Of a stretch of DNA of 64,000 nt, positions 51,902-64,000 are shown one piece after another. Position numbers and translations under genes: made by a program. This DNA is from the human T2T-CHM13v2.0 reference genome, Homo sapiens. The stretch's first letter is position 1. Each line of letters begins with the position of its first letter. Location: assembly GCF_009914755.1 (NCBI RefSeq), contig NC_060936.1; one strand, written 5' to 3'. Below the pieces are notes generated by a model that saw only the letters and a list, made by a program, of their open reading frames with translations, was not told the DNA's origin and did no database searches.

Positions 51902-53488
51902 TAAACTGGTTATTCTAGTTAGCAATTCCTCTAACCTTTTTTAGAGGTTCTTGGCTTCCTTGCATTGGGTTAGAACATGCTCCTTTAGCTCAGAGGAGTT
52001 TGTTATCATCCATCTTCTGAAGCCTACTTCTGTCAATTTGTCAAACTCATTCTCTGCCCAGTTTTGTTCCCTTGCTGGTGAGGAACTGTGATCCTTTGGA
52101 GGAGAAGAAGCGTTCTGGTTTTGGGAATTTTCAGCCTTTTTGTGCTGGTTTTTCCTCATCTTCATGGATTTATCTACTTTTGGTCTCTGATGTTGGTGAC
52201 CATCACATGGGGTTTTTGTGTGGATGTGCTTTTTGTTGATGTTGATGCTATTCCTTTCTGTTTGTTAGTTTTCCTTCTAACAGTCAGCCCCCTCTGCTTC
52301 AGGTCTGCTGGAGTTTGCTGGAGGTCCACTCCAGACCCTGTTTTCCTGGGTATCACCAGTGGAGGCTGCAGAACAGCAAAGATTGCTGCCTGTTCCTTCC
52401 TCTGGAAGCTTCATCTCAGAGGGGCACCAGCCTGATGCCAGCCAGAGCTCTCCCATATGAGGTGTCTGTCAACCCCTCCTGGGAGGTGTCTCCCAGTCAG
52501 GAGACATGGCGGTCAGGGACCCACTTGAGGCAGTCTGTCCTTTAGCAGAGCTTGAGCGCTGTGCTGGGAGATCCACTGCTCTCTTCAGAGCCGGCAGGCA
52601 GGAATGTTTAAGTCTGCTGAAGCTGCACCCACAACCGCCCCTTCTCCCAGGTGCTCTGTCCCAGGGAGATGGGAGTTTTATCTATAAGTCCCTGACTGGG
52701 GCTGCTGCCTTTCTTTCAGAGATGCCCTGCCCAGAAAGGAGGAATCTAGAGAGGCAGTTTGGCTACAGTGGCTTTGCTGTGGGCTCTGCCCAGTTTGAAC
52801 TTTCTGGTGGCTTTGTTTACACTGTGAGGGGAAAACTGCCTACCCAAACCTCCATAATGGCGGACGCCCCTCCCCCCACCAAACTCCAACAACCCACGTC
52901 GACTTCAGACTGCTGTGCTGGCGGCAGGAATTTCAAGCCAGTGGATCTTAGCTTGCTGGGCTCCGTGGAAGTGGGATCCAGTGAGCTAGACCACTTGGCT
53001 CCCTGGCTTCAGCCCCCTTTCCAGGGGAGTGGCAGTTGTCTCTCACTGGCATTCCAGGTGCCACAGGGGTATAAGAAAAAAACTCCTGCAGCTAGCTTGG
53101 TGTCTGCCCAAATGGCCACCCAGTTTTGTGCTTAAAACCCAGGGTCCTGGTTGTGTAGGCACCCAAGGGAATCTCCTGGTCTGCGGGTTGTGGAGACCAT
53201 GGGAAAAGCGTAGTATCTGGGCCAGAATGCACTGTTCCTCACAGCACAGTCCCTCACGGCTTCCCTTGGCTAGGGGAGAGAATTATCTGACCCCTTGTGC
53301 TTCCTGGGTGAGGCAACACCCCACCCTGCTTCAGCTTGCCCTCTGTGCTGCACCCACTGTCTAACCAGTCCCAATGAGATGAGCCAGGTACCTCAGCTGG
53401 AAATGCAGAAATCACCCACCTTCTGTGTTGATCTCACTGGGAGCTGCAGACTGGAGCTGTTCCTATTCAGCCGTCTTGCTAGCCACCC
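51902..53488 (-). mobile_element. Second (outer) L1 5'UTR plus ORF1 N-terminus, of a different subfamily (L1PA7/8-like)
   Basis: L1 5' end at ~53488; ORF1 start MRKNQHKKAENSQNQ...; TSD aacatcacagaa at 53489-53500 matches 45733-45744. Confidence 0.93.
52857..53135 (+). other. ORF0-like ORF in the outer L1 5'UTR (92 aa, MADAPPPTKLQQPTSTSDCC...)
   Basis: Same start motif and position as ORF0; ATAATGG context; C-terminal part of ORF 52506..53135. Confidence 0.55.
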
Positions 53489-53956
53489 AACATCACAGAA
53501 TTTCTAATAATCTGGATGTGGGGGTCTACATGAAACTCTTCCTTTTGTGTGTCTTAAACCCTTTCCAGGAAATTAAGCCCATAGCTGTCATCAATTCTGA
53601 AACGGATTTACAAACCAAAAACGTTTAACAACAAATGACTGTTTGAAAAGATATTAAGGAGTAGAAAAGAAAGAAAAATGCAGATAGCTGGGACTTCCTG
53701 TCCTCCCCAAATTTCCTTGCATCGATAGCAACAAGAAGGGGCTTAACATTAGCCTGCTGAGCCAGGAAGCTGGAAAGGGGTCCTCTTCACCAAAGGACCA
53801 CCCCAATCTGATGCTCCAAGATTATGAATGCCCAAATGGTATTCCTGGGGCCACCAGTCTCAGTCACAAATCTTCCAGGATCTTGAGGGGAGGGAGAGAA
53901 GGTGGAGTCTACTTTTCAGAGCAAATTCTGAGATTGCCACTATGTCTGCCTCACAG

Positions 53957-54058
53957 TTTGTGCGAGAACACATCATCCATATGCCTCAAGAGGATTACAT
54001 CAGCTGGCTGCAGAGCCGGATCAACATACCCATTGGGCCCTACAGCGCCCTGAGGTAG
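53957..54058 (+). CDS. CCDC60: CCDC60 terminal coding exon: FVREHIIHMPQEDYISWLQSRINIPIGPYSALR*
   Basis: ctgcctcacag| acceptor, phase 0, TAG at 54056-54058; recognised C-terminus. Confidence 0.93.
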   Translation, partial: FVREHIIHMPQEDYISWLQSRINIPIGPYSALR

Positions 54059-54366
54059 GCTGGGCCTGGGTTGACCAGCTGTCTCAGTGGAGGAGTGTTT
54101 GCCTATATCATGTTCCTGTATCCTGCCTGTGTTCCTGCCTCCTGACTACCCTCATGGATGCTCTTTATGGATGACCCTTTACAGTAGGGTCATCTGGAGA
54201 CTGACTTCCAGCAACATTTTTAGAGGGGGATGGCCCCGGTGGCCCTCCCCTCAATTCCACACCCCAGACCCAACCTACCAGTCTCTGTTCTTCAATGATC
54301 CAGCCTGACTCTACCTACTTCCTCTTCAGATTCCTTCACCCTATTTACCTTCCTCAAGTACTGGAG

Positions 54367-54372
54367 AATAAA
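54367..54372 (+). terminator. CCDC60: CCDC60 polyadenylation signal AATAAA (3'UTR ~330 nt)
   Basis: AATAAA after the stop, followed by a GT-rich downstream element (tgtttgatgtctgtct). Confidence 0.75.
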
Positions 54373-54623
54373 ATTGAACTGAATGTTTGATGTCTGTCTG
54401 GGAAAGAGCTGGGGCCATGGAATTCAGGTGTGGTATTTAGATCCTAATAACAATAGTTACTATTTATTGAGTTTCTATTATGCAATAGATCCAGTGCTGA
54501 GTGCTTTACCTAGATAATGTTATTTCAATCTCATGATAACTTGGTTAAGTAGGCACTGATATTAACTTAATTTCACACCGATTAAGCTACAGCATATTTA
54601 TCAATATTATATATATATTGCTT

Positions 54624-54873
54624 TGGATGGATGGTTGGGTGGGTGGGTGGGTGGACGGATGGGCAGATGGGTGGATGGGTGGGTGGGTAGATGTATGTAT
54701 GGATGGATGGATGGATGGATGGATGGATGGATGGATGGTTTGCATAGTTGCATGGTTGGATGGTTGCATGGTTGGATGAATGGATGGATGGATGAATGAA
54801 TGGATGGTGGATGGATGGATGGATGGATGGATAGATGGATGGATGAATGATGGATGGATGAATGGACAGATGG
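54624..54873. repeat. (GGAT/GGGT)n tetranucleotide repeat
   Basis: Directly visible. Confidence 0.95.
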
Positions 54874-55998
54874 CACATTCCCCAACAAGGCAATGGTATG
54901 CAAAAAAATTTTAGCCTTGAATCCTCGTATATTTTCTGTGGGTCTTAGTTATAGAAAGAAGCTTATCTTCCTGTCATCTCAAAATGTGTGTAGACTCTCA
55001 TAACCTCTTCTCTCATATTGGTCTTATGCTCACCTACATTCTCACTAAGTTATAGGAACTGTAGGCATTTTAACTCCCTTAGTGATGGCCACACTGAATT
55101 AAAAATTGGACAACTGGACTTGATTTGCTCTTGTGCCTGGATTATCAGAGCATTTATGTAGACTAGGCTTGAATCTCTCCCTCTGGCAATCTAAAAGTAG
55201 GAAGGAGAGTTAAATTTGAATTATTCTTTAGTCTAAGCAATCTTACACTCATCCATTCACCTATTCAGTCATTTATTCATTTAATGAATATTTATTAAGA
55301 GCCCAATATGCACCAACCAAGTTCTAGGTGTTAAGGATACAGCAATGAACAAGGCAGACAAGGTCTCTGTTCTCATGGAGTTTGCCATTTTTTAAAATTT
55401 CTTCTTTTTTGACACATGGTCCAAGATGAGATCATGGAGTTCACATAAAAACAGAGAAGTCAATAAAATGCGACAGGGAGGTCAGAGGCATTATGTAACA
55501 TCCCATGTCCCTCCACAGAGATACCCTATGTTTAACAGTAAACCTTGAAAAGCTATTTGGGGTGCAAAGGTAAGATACACTCCACAGAGAAACTACAAAA
55601 TTAAGAGACCCTACAGGTCTCTGTATTAAATAGGAATTCGAGTGAGGGAGGAGCAGAGAAGTAAGAGGGAGCTGCCAATAAAGAAGAAGAAAAAGGACAA
55701 AGGAGGTAGAGGAGGAAAAGGGAGCTGAGTAACAGGAGCGTGAGAAGGGACTTCAGGAGAAAACCAATCAGGGGGATAAAACAGGGCAGGGCTGGCTGGT
55801 GGATCCCTAAGAACTACAATGCAAACCAACCCTCTTCATCCCTCTGGACCTTTAGTAGTTTCTGTTACATACCCAACTGTCTTCTGTGAGCCATGTTTTG
55901 AAGAAATAAAGAAAAGGCGCTGTGTTCTACATCTGGGCTGCTTGGGGGCAAAAAAAAGAGCTTGAGGTACTCAGACCCTCAACACAATAAAGAGTTCA

Positions 55999-56358
55999 GG
56001 GCCTGGCAAGGTGGCTCAGGCCTGTAATGCCAGTGTTTTGGGAGGCCAAGGTGAAAGAATCCTTTGAGGCCAGGAATTCAACACCAGCCTGGGCAACATA
56101 GTGAGACCCCATTTCTACAGAATATAATTGTTCTTAAAATTAGCTGGTGGAGTTCGAGACCAGCCTGGCCAATATGGTGAAACCCTGTCTCTACTAAAAA
56201 TATAAATAAATAGCCAGGCATGGTGGCACGCCCCCGTAGTCCCAGCTACTCAGGAGGCTGAGGCAGGAGAATCGCTTGAACCCGGAGGCTGAGGTTGCAG
56301 TGAGCCAAGATCGCACCACTGTACTCCGGCTTGGGCGACAAAATTAAACTCCGTCTCA

Positions 56359-56389
<31 letters not shown>

Positions 56390-56531
56390 GGTGGCACCAT
56401 CTGTAGTCCCAGCTACTCGGAAGGCTGAGGCAGGAGGATCCCTTGAGCCCAGGAGGTCAAGACTGCAGTGAGCCATGATCATGCCACTGTACCCCAGCCT
56501 GAGCAACAGAGCGAGATCCTGTCTCAAAAAT
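55999..56531 (+). mobile_element. AluJ with a 5'-truncated AluS nested in its linker (56151-56385)
   Basis: TSD agctggtgg at 56142-56150 and 56386-56394. Confidence 0.92.
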
Positions 56532-56699
56532 GAAAGAGTACAGTAGGAACAGGAAGTCAAAGTTAGAGAGACTACTATTACATGAGCTCTCTAGGTTTAT
56601 AGAAATCTTAAACGGACATTTGGCTTCTCACTAGACATGGGACAGGAACCCAGCCAAATTGATGTATATCTCAAATGTCAGGTGACCATCACAGCTGAC

Positions 56700-57520
56700 A
56701 TTTAATTACACAAGATAATCAGTGCAATGGTGCCAAATTAAAGCAAGCACAAAAAGGTCCCAGTGGACATGAGGGAGGGGAGGACTAACTCATACCTGAG
56801 ATGTCAGGAAAGGCTTTTGAGAAGAGGTGATTGATACCTGTAAGTTGAGCTAGAGTTAGCCAGAGAGAGATGGGTAGGCAGATAAGGAGGGAAGAAAGAA
56901 TGTTCCAGGCAGAAGGAACAGCATGTGCAAAGGCCGAGAGGAAAAAAAGCTTAATTTGTCATTTGAGGACCTAAACGTAAGTCCAGCTGGGCCATATTTC
57001 GAATTGGGAGTGCAAGACAGAGAAAGGGAGGAGGGGGGTTGGGGAGGGAAGTAGAAGCCAGATCTTTCAGATGCCTTATAAGCCATGTTAGGAAGTTTGG
57101 GCTTTATCTGCCCGGAAATAGGAATCCATGGAAGGATTTTGAGGAAGGGAATAATTGCATTTGCTTTCAAGGGAGAAAAATGGCACTCACAAGGAACAAG
57201 GAGCTAAGATGAGGCTATGGCAATGATTGTGGGGAGAACAGCGGTGGTGGAGAAGGGGTGAAGACATTCATTGGAAAGATATCTAAACAGAAGAATCAAC
57301 AGAACTTGGTGTGATGGATTATAAGTAAGGGGTGGGAGGGCAGGAATATCAGGAATCACGAGTGGAAGGTGATGCCTTAAATGTACCAGGAGAACAGGAA
57401 GAAAAGAAATTCATAATGAGAAGGTGAGGAGTTATGTTTTAAGCATATTGAGTTGGAGATGCCTGAGGGACAGTCAGGTGGGGGGATGCATAACTCAGGA
57501 AAGGAGGTTGCACTGGAGAC
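56700..57520 (-). mobile_element. L2 relic
   Basis: aatgttccaggcagaaggaacagcatgtgcaaaggc L2 motif. Confidence 0.65.
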
Positions 57521-57647
57521 GGAAACATAGCAGCAACATCCCACAGGTCAAGACGGTCAAAGGAAGAAATGGGAAGAGAGGCAAGAAGAGGAGAGGAGAG
57601 AGGGGTCTTGAGGACAGAATAACGAAAAGCATCAAGAAGCCTACTCA

Positions 57648-57964
<317 letters not shown>

Positions 57965-58544
57965 TTTTAAATAACATTTACTGAAGGGCTGCTTAGTTCC
58001 AGACCTCATGCAAAATGCTTGGCATATATGATCTCATTCCATCTTCACAAGCCTGCAAAGAAGGGCTCTTATATCCTCCTGTTTTGCAGATGATGGAATA
58101 GAGACTCTGAGAAATGTTTTGTACGCATGTCCAGCTGACTATGAACCCCCTCCCCATCCCTACCCTCCGACCTCCAGCCCCCTCTGCTATGAAACAAGGA
58201 GGTCACGAGAGTTATTGCGCTTTTGGAATTGAGCTCATCTAATGAGGAGGCTTTCATGAATTGTATTAGCTCACATTTGTACTGTATTCCACTGTTTCCA
58301 GAGTGCCTTCTCCAGTATTATCTTATTCGATGCTCACAGCATCCCTCTGAGGTGGGCATTATTATAATCCCCATTTTGCAAAGAAGGATATCGAGACTTA
58401 AGATTGTCCAATAGTCACATAGCAGGTAAGTGGGAGAGCCAAGTCTAAATTGAAGTCTGTCTGTCCCAGTCAGGGGCAATCTGAAATTGCAAGACTCACT
58501 CCGCCCTCCCGCTTGGCAGTTTCTGAGCCTGTTTCTCATAGCTG

Positions 58545-58563
58545 TAGCTCCATCTAGTGGCCT
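58545..58563 (-). promoter_or_regulatory. Candidate CTCF site AGGCCACTAGATGGAGCTA
   Basis: Close match to CTCF core consensus TGGCCACYAGRKGGCRCTA. Confidence 0.6.
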
Positions 58564-58924
58564 TTGTCAGTATTACTCTCCCACCCTGCCCTCCAGCAGA
58601 ATGTCACTTTCCTGCCAAAAAAAAATGCAAGTATTAAACAGCAGCAACAAGACCTCTTCTGCTTAGACAAAGAGTGTTTACTCAAACAAAGGAAGACCTT
58701 TTACTACTAAAATAGACTGGGGACCAGGACAAGGCAACACATCCCCTCCCAGCTTCCAGGTTCTAAGAAGAGCCACAGGAAGAAATTTTTTTGCTTGTTA
58801 GCCTCTCCATCATAATCTTAATTGAACACCTACTAGGTGTTGGGTCCCCAGAAGTCACTGTCCCACAGCTCTGACCAAGCCATCTAAGTGGTTAACATGA
58901 GAGCTTTTTAAACTATATGTGCGC

Positions 58925-59112
58925 TAGAGAAGCTTTTTTCTGTAAAGGACTGGATATTAAATATCTGTTGCATGTTCTTTTTATTTATATAGTCCTTTAA
59001 AGGTGTGAAAACTGTTTTTTTACACCTTTAAACTTTTAACTGTAAATTAGAGGTCACACAAAAAGAGACCATAGACCAGATTGGGGCCGTCAGTCATCGT
59101 TTGCTGATCCCG
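58925..59112. mobile_element. MER58-like (hAT-Charlie)
   Basis: tttctgtaaagg...gtttgctgatccc termini. Confidence 0.55.
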
Positions 59113-60801
59113 CTTGAGGATAAATTTAAGAGTGAAGAGGAATGTTCTAGTCTTCCCCAAAAAACAGAGACAGGGAGGACTGGTGAACGTAATATGGTAA
59201 ATATGTAGATGAACGGGGGGTTGGCACTACTCAGAATAGTTTTTGTCATTTTTGTGGAAAAGGAATGTATGCATGGGGTAAAAATCTTAGCAGTGCAAAA
59301 GGATCTCCACTAAGTAGTGAGTATTCCTCCCCCTCCAACTCTCAGACCCCCATTCCGGTTTACAGAGGCACTCACACTGTATCCAGTAACTTGTATTACT
59401 TTCCAGGGATATTCTTCACATGTATAAGCAAAACATTTTTAATTAATTAACTAAAATGAAGCATTCATTGCGTGCTTACTGTATACCACGCATTGTTCTA
59501 AGTGCTTCGCATTCAATTATAGTTTATCCTCACCACAGCTTCATGAGGTAGATATCACTCTGACCCCCACTTTGTTGTGGAGGAAACTGGTGTTGTGGAG
59601 GAAAGTTGGGAAACCTGCCCAAAGCTACATAATTGGGGTAGGTAACCTTTTTTCTTTTTAACAGACATAGTGAGCTTCGTATACAAACTTCTGCATTAAT
59701 TTGCTATGTTGGTAGTCATTTCACTTCCTATCTTCCTACTTTATATGAAGGAGGAAAGAGGCTGAAGGTTCACACCAGTGCATTAAAACCAATACCCAGA
59801 CTCTTGTCACCACCCTGCCTTGGCATTTCATTTAAAGGTTTGCAGGTAAGGGAGGAACTGGACCAAAAGCTATGACCAATTGTAAAGAATGATATCAAAA
59901 TAAAAGCCCAAGCTAATGTTAAAACAACACCTGCATCACTTCCTCTTTACCCAATACTGCTCATTTCAGTCCCTGAGCTTCACCTGCATGGCTGAGGTTG
60001 AGTGTCCTTCCCTGTTTTGGGATCTGGAGGTAGCCAGGGGAAGTCAGATAAAGATAATGTAGAGTAAGAATTTAATAAACATGAAAATTTTCTAAGTGCC
60101 TTATGCTAGGCACTATGTAATTCATATGCATTTGCTGGTTGATTCCTTGTAATTATCCTGTGAAGCTAGCATTATTATGCTTATTCACATTTACAGATGA
60201 CAGAAAATTGAAGCTAAAGGAGGTGAAGTGGCTTGCCCAAGTCACACGCCTTCAAGCAATTAATCAAGAGTTCAAATCGTGGTCGTCTTGAAATTTTGCA
60301 ATATTGCTTTAACCACATTACACTGCCTCTCTACTTAAAGGATCTTGTCTTGGGGTTCAAATTGGTCATCTTTTGGGGGGAATCAGAGCTCGAGCTTTAG
60401 TGATAATAAAATTTAGAAACCATTTACATTTTTGAAGGGTGTTCACATCCATTAGCACCATGTGATCTTCAAAGCAATCCTCTGAGATGTGCAAAGCAAA
60501 TCTCACCCACATTTTGAAGACATGACACACCAAGTAATTTGAGATTTGGGTCTGGCTATTTAACTCTGTAGCTTTCTCCACCACACTACCCTGGGGCAAA
60601 GGAACCACACTAGTGAAAAGTGGAGAGGGCACAAATTCCTTTCTGGCCTAGTCTCAAAATAGCTCTGAATTTTTTTATGTTTGTTTACTTATTATCTGTC
60701 TTCCCAACTAGATTTAGCCTTCATGAGGGCAAGGACTACATCTGCTTTATTTGTTATTGTATTCCCAGAATTTCTCATAACATTTCTGGCATCAACTGAA
60801 T

Positions 60802-60946
60802 GAATGGATGGATGGATGGATGGATGGATGGATGGATGGATGGATGGATGCATGGATGGATGAACAGTTGAGTGGATAAGTGGATGAATACTTGAGTGGA
60901 TGGATGGATAGATGGATGGATGGATGGATGGATGGACGGACGGATG
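60802..60946. repeat. (GGAT)n repeat at the 3' end of an L2 relic
   Basis: Directly visible; preceded by L2-like 60670-60805 ending tgaatgaa. Confidence 0.9.
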
Positions 60947-61610
60947 ACTGAGAGAAACTAAAAGAAGCCATCATCAGGGTTAGACTCATCAGGATTCCTC
61001 AGATCCCCACTGCCTTCTAGGAAATAGAGATGTCCAGGAGGCTGGCTTAGATGTGAGACTGCCCATCCTGGCAAAGGTGGAGCCTGATAGTATAAAAAAT
61101 AAGCTCACAGCTCAGTGTCCTAAGGCCAGCACAAACAGTTCCCTCAATGACCCAACAGGTTGGCGAGAATAGAGCTGAGGCATTCCTTTGACCTTAGACT
61201 TTTAAAAGTAAAAAGTCTACTTTCAGAGCTTGGGGCAGGTTTTCTATTACACATCACAGAGCTAGTCCCTTCCATCACATGACTTAAGCCAGAAATACCC
61301 CCATCCTTTGTCCCAATTCACTTTTAATGTTCTGATGAAAAGTCTCTCCCACTTGCCTTTTGGGATTATATCTATCACCACGGATGCTATTCAACAGCCA
61401 TTTCCCATTCTTCTTTTGCTAGGAGTCCTGATTTTGTTCAAGTGTCTACCCCTTCCCATGTGAATCAGGATAAATTTTGATTGGTCTAAATCTATATTGG
61501 CAATTCCATTCCCCATGCTAGGGTTAATTTATAGGTGGTCATGTTACCCCAGGTTTGCAAGAGGAAGCTCCTGAGAAAGGTTTGTTTCTTCTTAAAACAA
61601 ACACAGAGGA

Positions 61611-61910
<300 letters not shown>

Positions 61911-62945
61911 CACAGAGCACAGAGGAAAACAGTCCTTTCCCGGAACTTATCGTGTCTTCACTAAATTGTGCAGGCACCTTGCTGCCAACAAGGGGCAGAT
62001 TCAAGAGAATCACCTTGGCTGGAACATTTTGAAGTGAGTTGATACAACCTTCATTGCCCAAAGCAGCTGAGTCTGGGTTTTCTGCTACTTGAAGCTGAAA
62101 ATACTCAGTTGCATAAACCAATAACAATATCATTCTCACGCCTCGCCCTTAACTAACATCTGCTCTTTTGATAGCTGTTTGAATGATAGCTCCCTCGTCT
62201 GCAAATCTCAGAGAAAGCCTTTGACTCTTTCAAGCAAGATGTCATCATGCCAAAGAGAACCCAGATTTGTTATACTTGGAACTCCACAAAAAGGCTGCAG
62301 TGTGCCTTGCAAATGGCAACATTAACTCTGCTAAAACCTTCCCAAAGATGTGAAACTCAGGGGTCACTAAGGAGCTGGGGGTAAGGCAGAGAACATATGA
62401 CACAGTACAAAGCCCTTCACAAGGCAGAGACATCTTCATCCCCAAAGTCAAAATAATCTAGGAACAGGGGTGAAAATGAAAAACTGGTGACGGGGGAAGA
62501 TTTTCAACAATCATTTTAAGGTGTTCACAGGAACAGGGGTGGGAAGGAGGTGAAGAATAGTGTATATTGATTAGATGGTAAGTCCTGGAGGTAACAAGTG
62601 GGAGAAGGGGACTGAAAGAAGAAGGGCTGCAGTTTGACAGGTGGAGGTAGGAAACTCATAGAATGTTTGCGCCAGGTGAGACCTTGTCATCAACCTGAGC
62701 TTGCATATCATTGAGCACCTACCATGCTCCAGGCTATTTGAGAGACGCCAGAGGTATAAAGAGAGCCTGTGTCCTCCAAAGGTTAAATAGTGGTGTTATA
62801 CTGTGATGGTTAAAACAGAAATGTTCAGGTGTCAGAACTGAGAAAGTTCAGATCCTAGTTGTGTTGTCATTGGCTGTATGACCTTGAGAGGTATCTTCAC
62901 TTCTATATATCTCATCTGTAAAATGAGAACACCACTAAAGAGTCA

Positions 62946-63301
<356 letters not shown>

Positions 63302-64000
63302 TCAATACAACTCAGCTATGACAACAATGGCAGAGAAAGATGGAGCACACAGAAAGCCACCACCGGAGTCTGGCAAGTCAAAAAAGGTACATCAGCCAAA
63401 GTCTTTATATGCAAGCAATAGAATCTGATTCTGGCTAATTTAACTCTGAGTCTTTACATTACTGCCTCTGAAAACATAAAAATCCGATTGCAAAGCCTAA
63501 GTCACATGATCATATCCTAGTTGACAAAAAAAGCTGAGAAAGCAAGTATCTGGATTGTTTGACTTTCATAATAGGAGAAATATTAATCTCATAGAGTGAA
63601 AGTTCCCCAAGAAAAGGAAAAGGACTGAGAAGCTACTCATAAAAAAACAAAAGTGTCCTCTAGAGAAGGCTTACTGGAAGAAGTAACAGCTGAGTTGAAA
63701 CCAATCCACATCCTACATTTACCAATGAAGAAACTGAGACACAGAGGGGTGGACTCTTCCAAAGTCACTAGCTTTGGGAGGAAAAGAAAGAAGGGCTTGG
63801 AATAGGGGACAGTAGGGTTCAGGAGGAGACCCCAAAGGAGATCTCTGATGGGCTGAGGGAGGAAGAGGCTGAAAGCCTCAGCCAGAGTTGGTGTTGGGTC
63901 CAGAAGTGGTGGCAGCAGAGGAGACAGTGAATATTGGACGGTGTTAGTTTCCAGGCCTGGGAAGAGTTTGGGATCCAGCATAGAGGAGTGGTGTATCATA

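Overview
Human (primate) genomic DNA, about half interspersed repeats. The only protein-coding content I can support is the 3' part of CCDC60 on the + strand (chr12q24 from recall). It has ten GT-AG exons (2127-2234, 13446-13536, 18437-18671, 29977-30061, 33471-33542, 36288-36350, 37042-37167, 41964-42095, 44223-44412, 53957-54058) that splice in phase into about 400 aa ending ...SRINIPIGPYSALR*, with a poly(A) signal at 54367. The introns hold about 27 Alus, MIR/L2/MLT1 relics, hAT and Tigger DNA transposons, microsatellites and two structurally odd L1s. The most unusual object is a ~7.75-kb antisense L1 in the last intron. It has two different 5'UTR/ORF1 starts in tandem inside one target-site duplication. 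Each UTR carries an ORF0-like antisense ORF pointing at the terminal CCDC60 exon, and the outer one has an in-phase candidate splice donor. Most ORFs in the supplied track are Alu, L1 or simple-repeat artefacts. Repeat subfamily names come from my recall of consensus sequences, and repeat boundaries are approximate.
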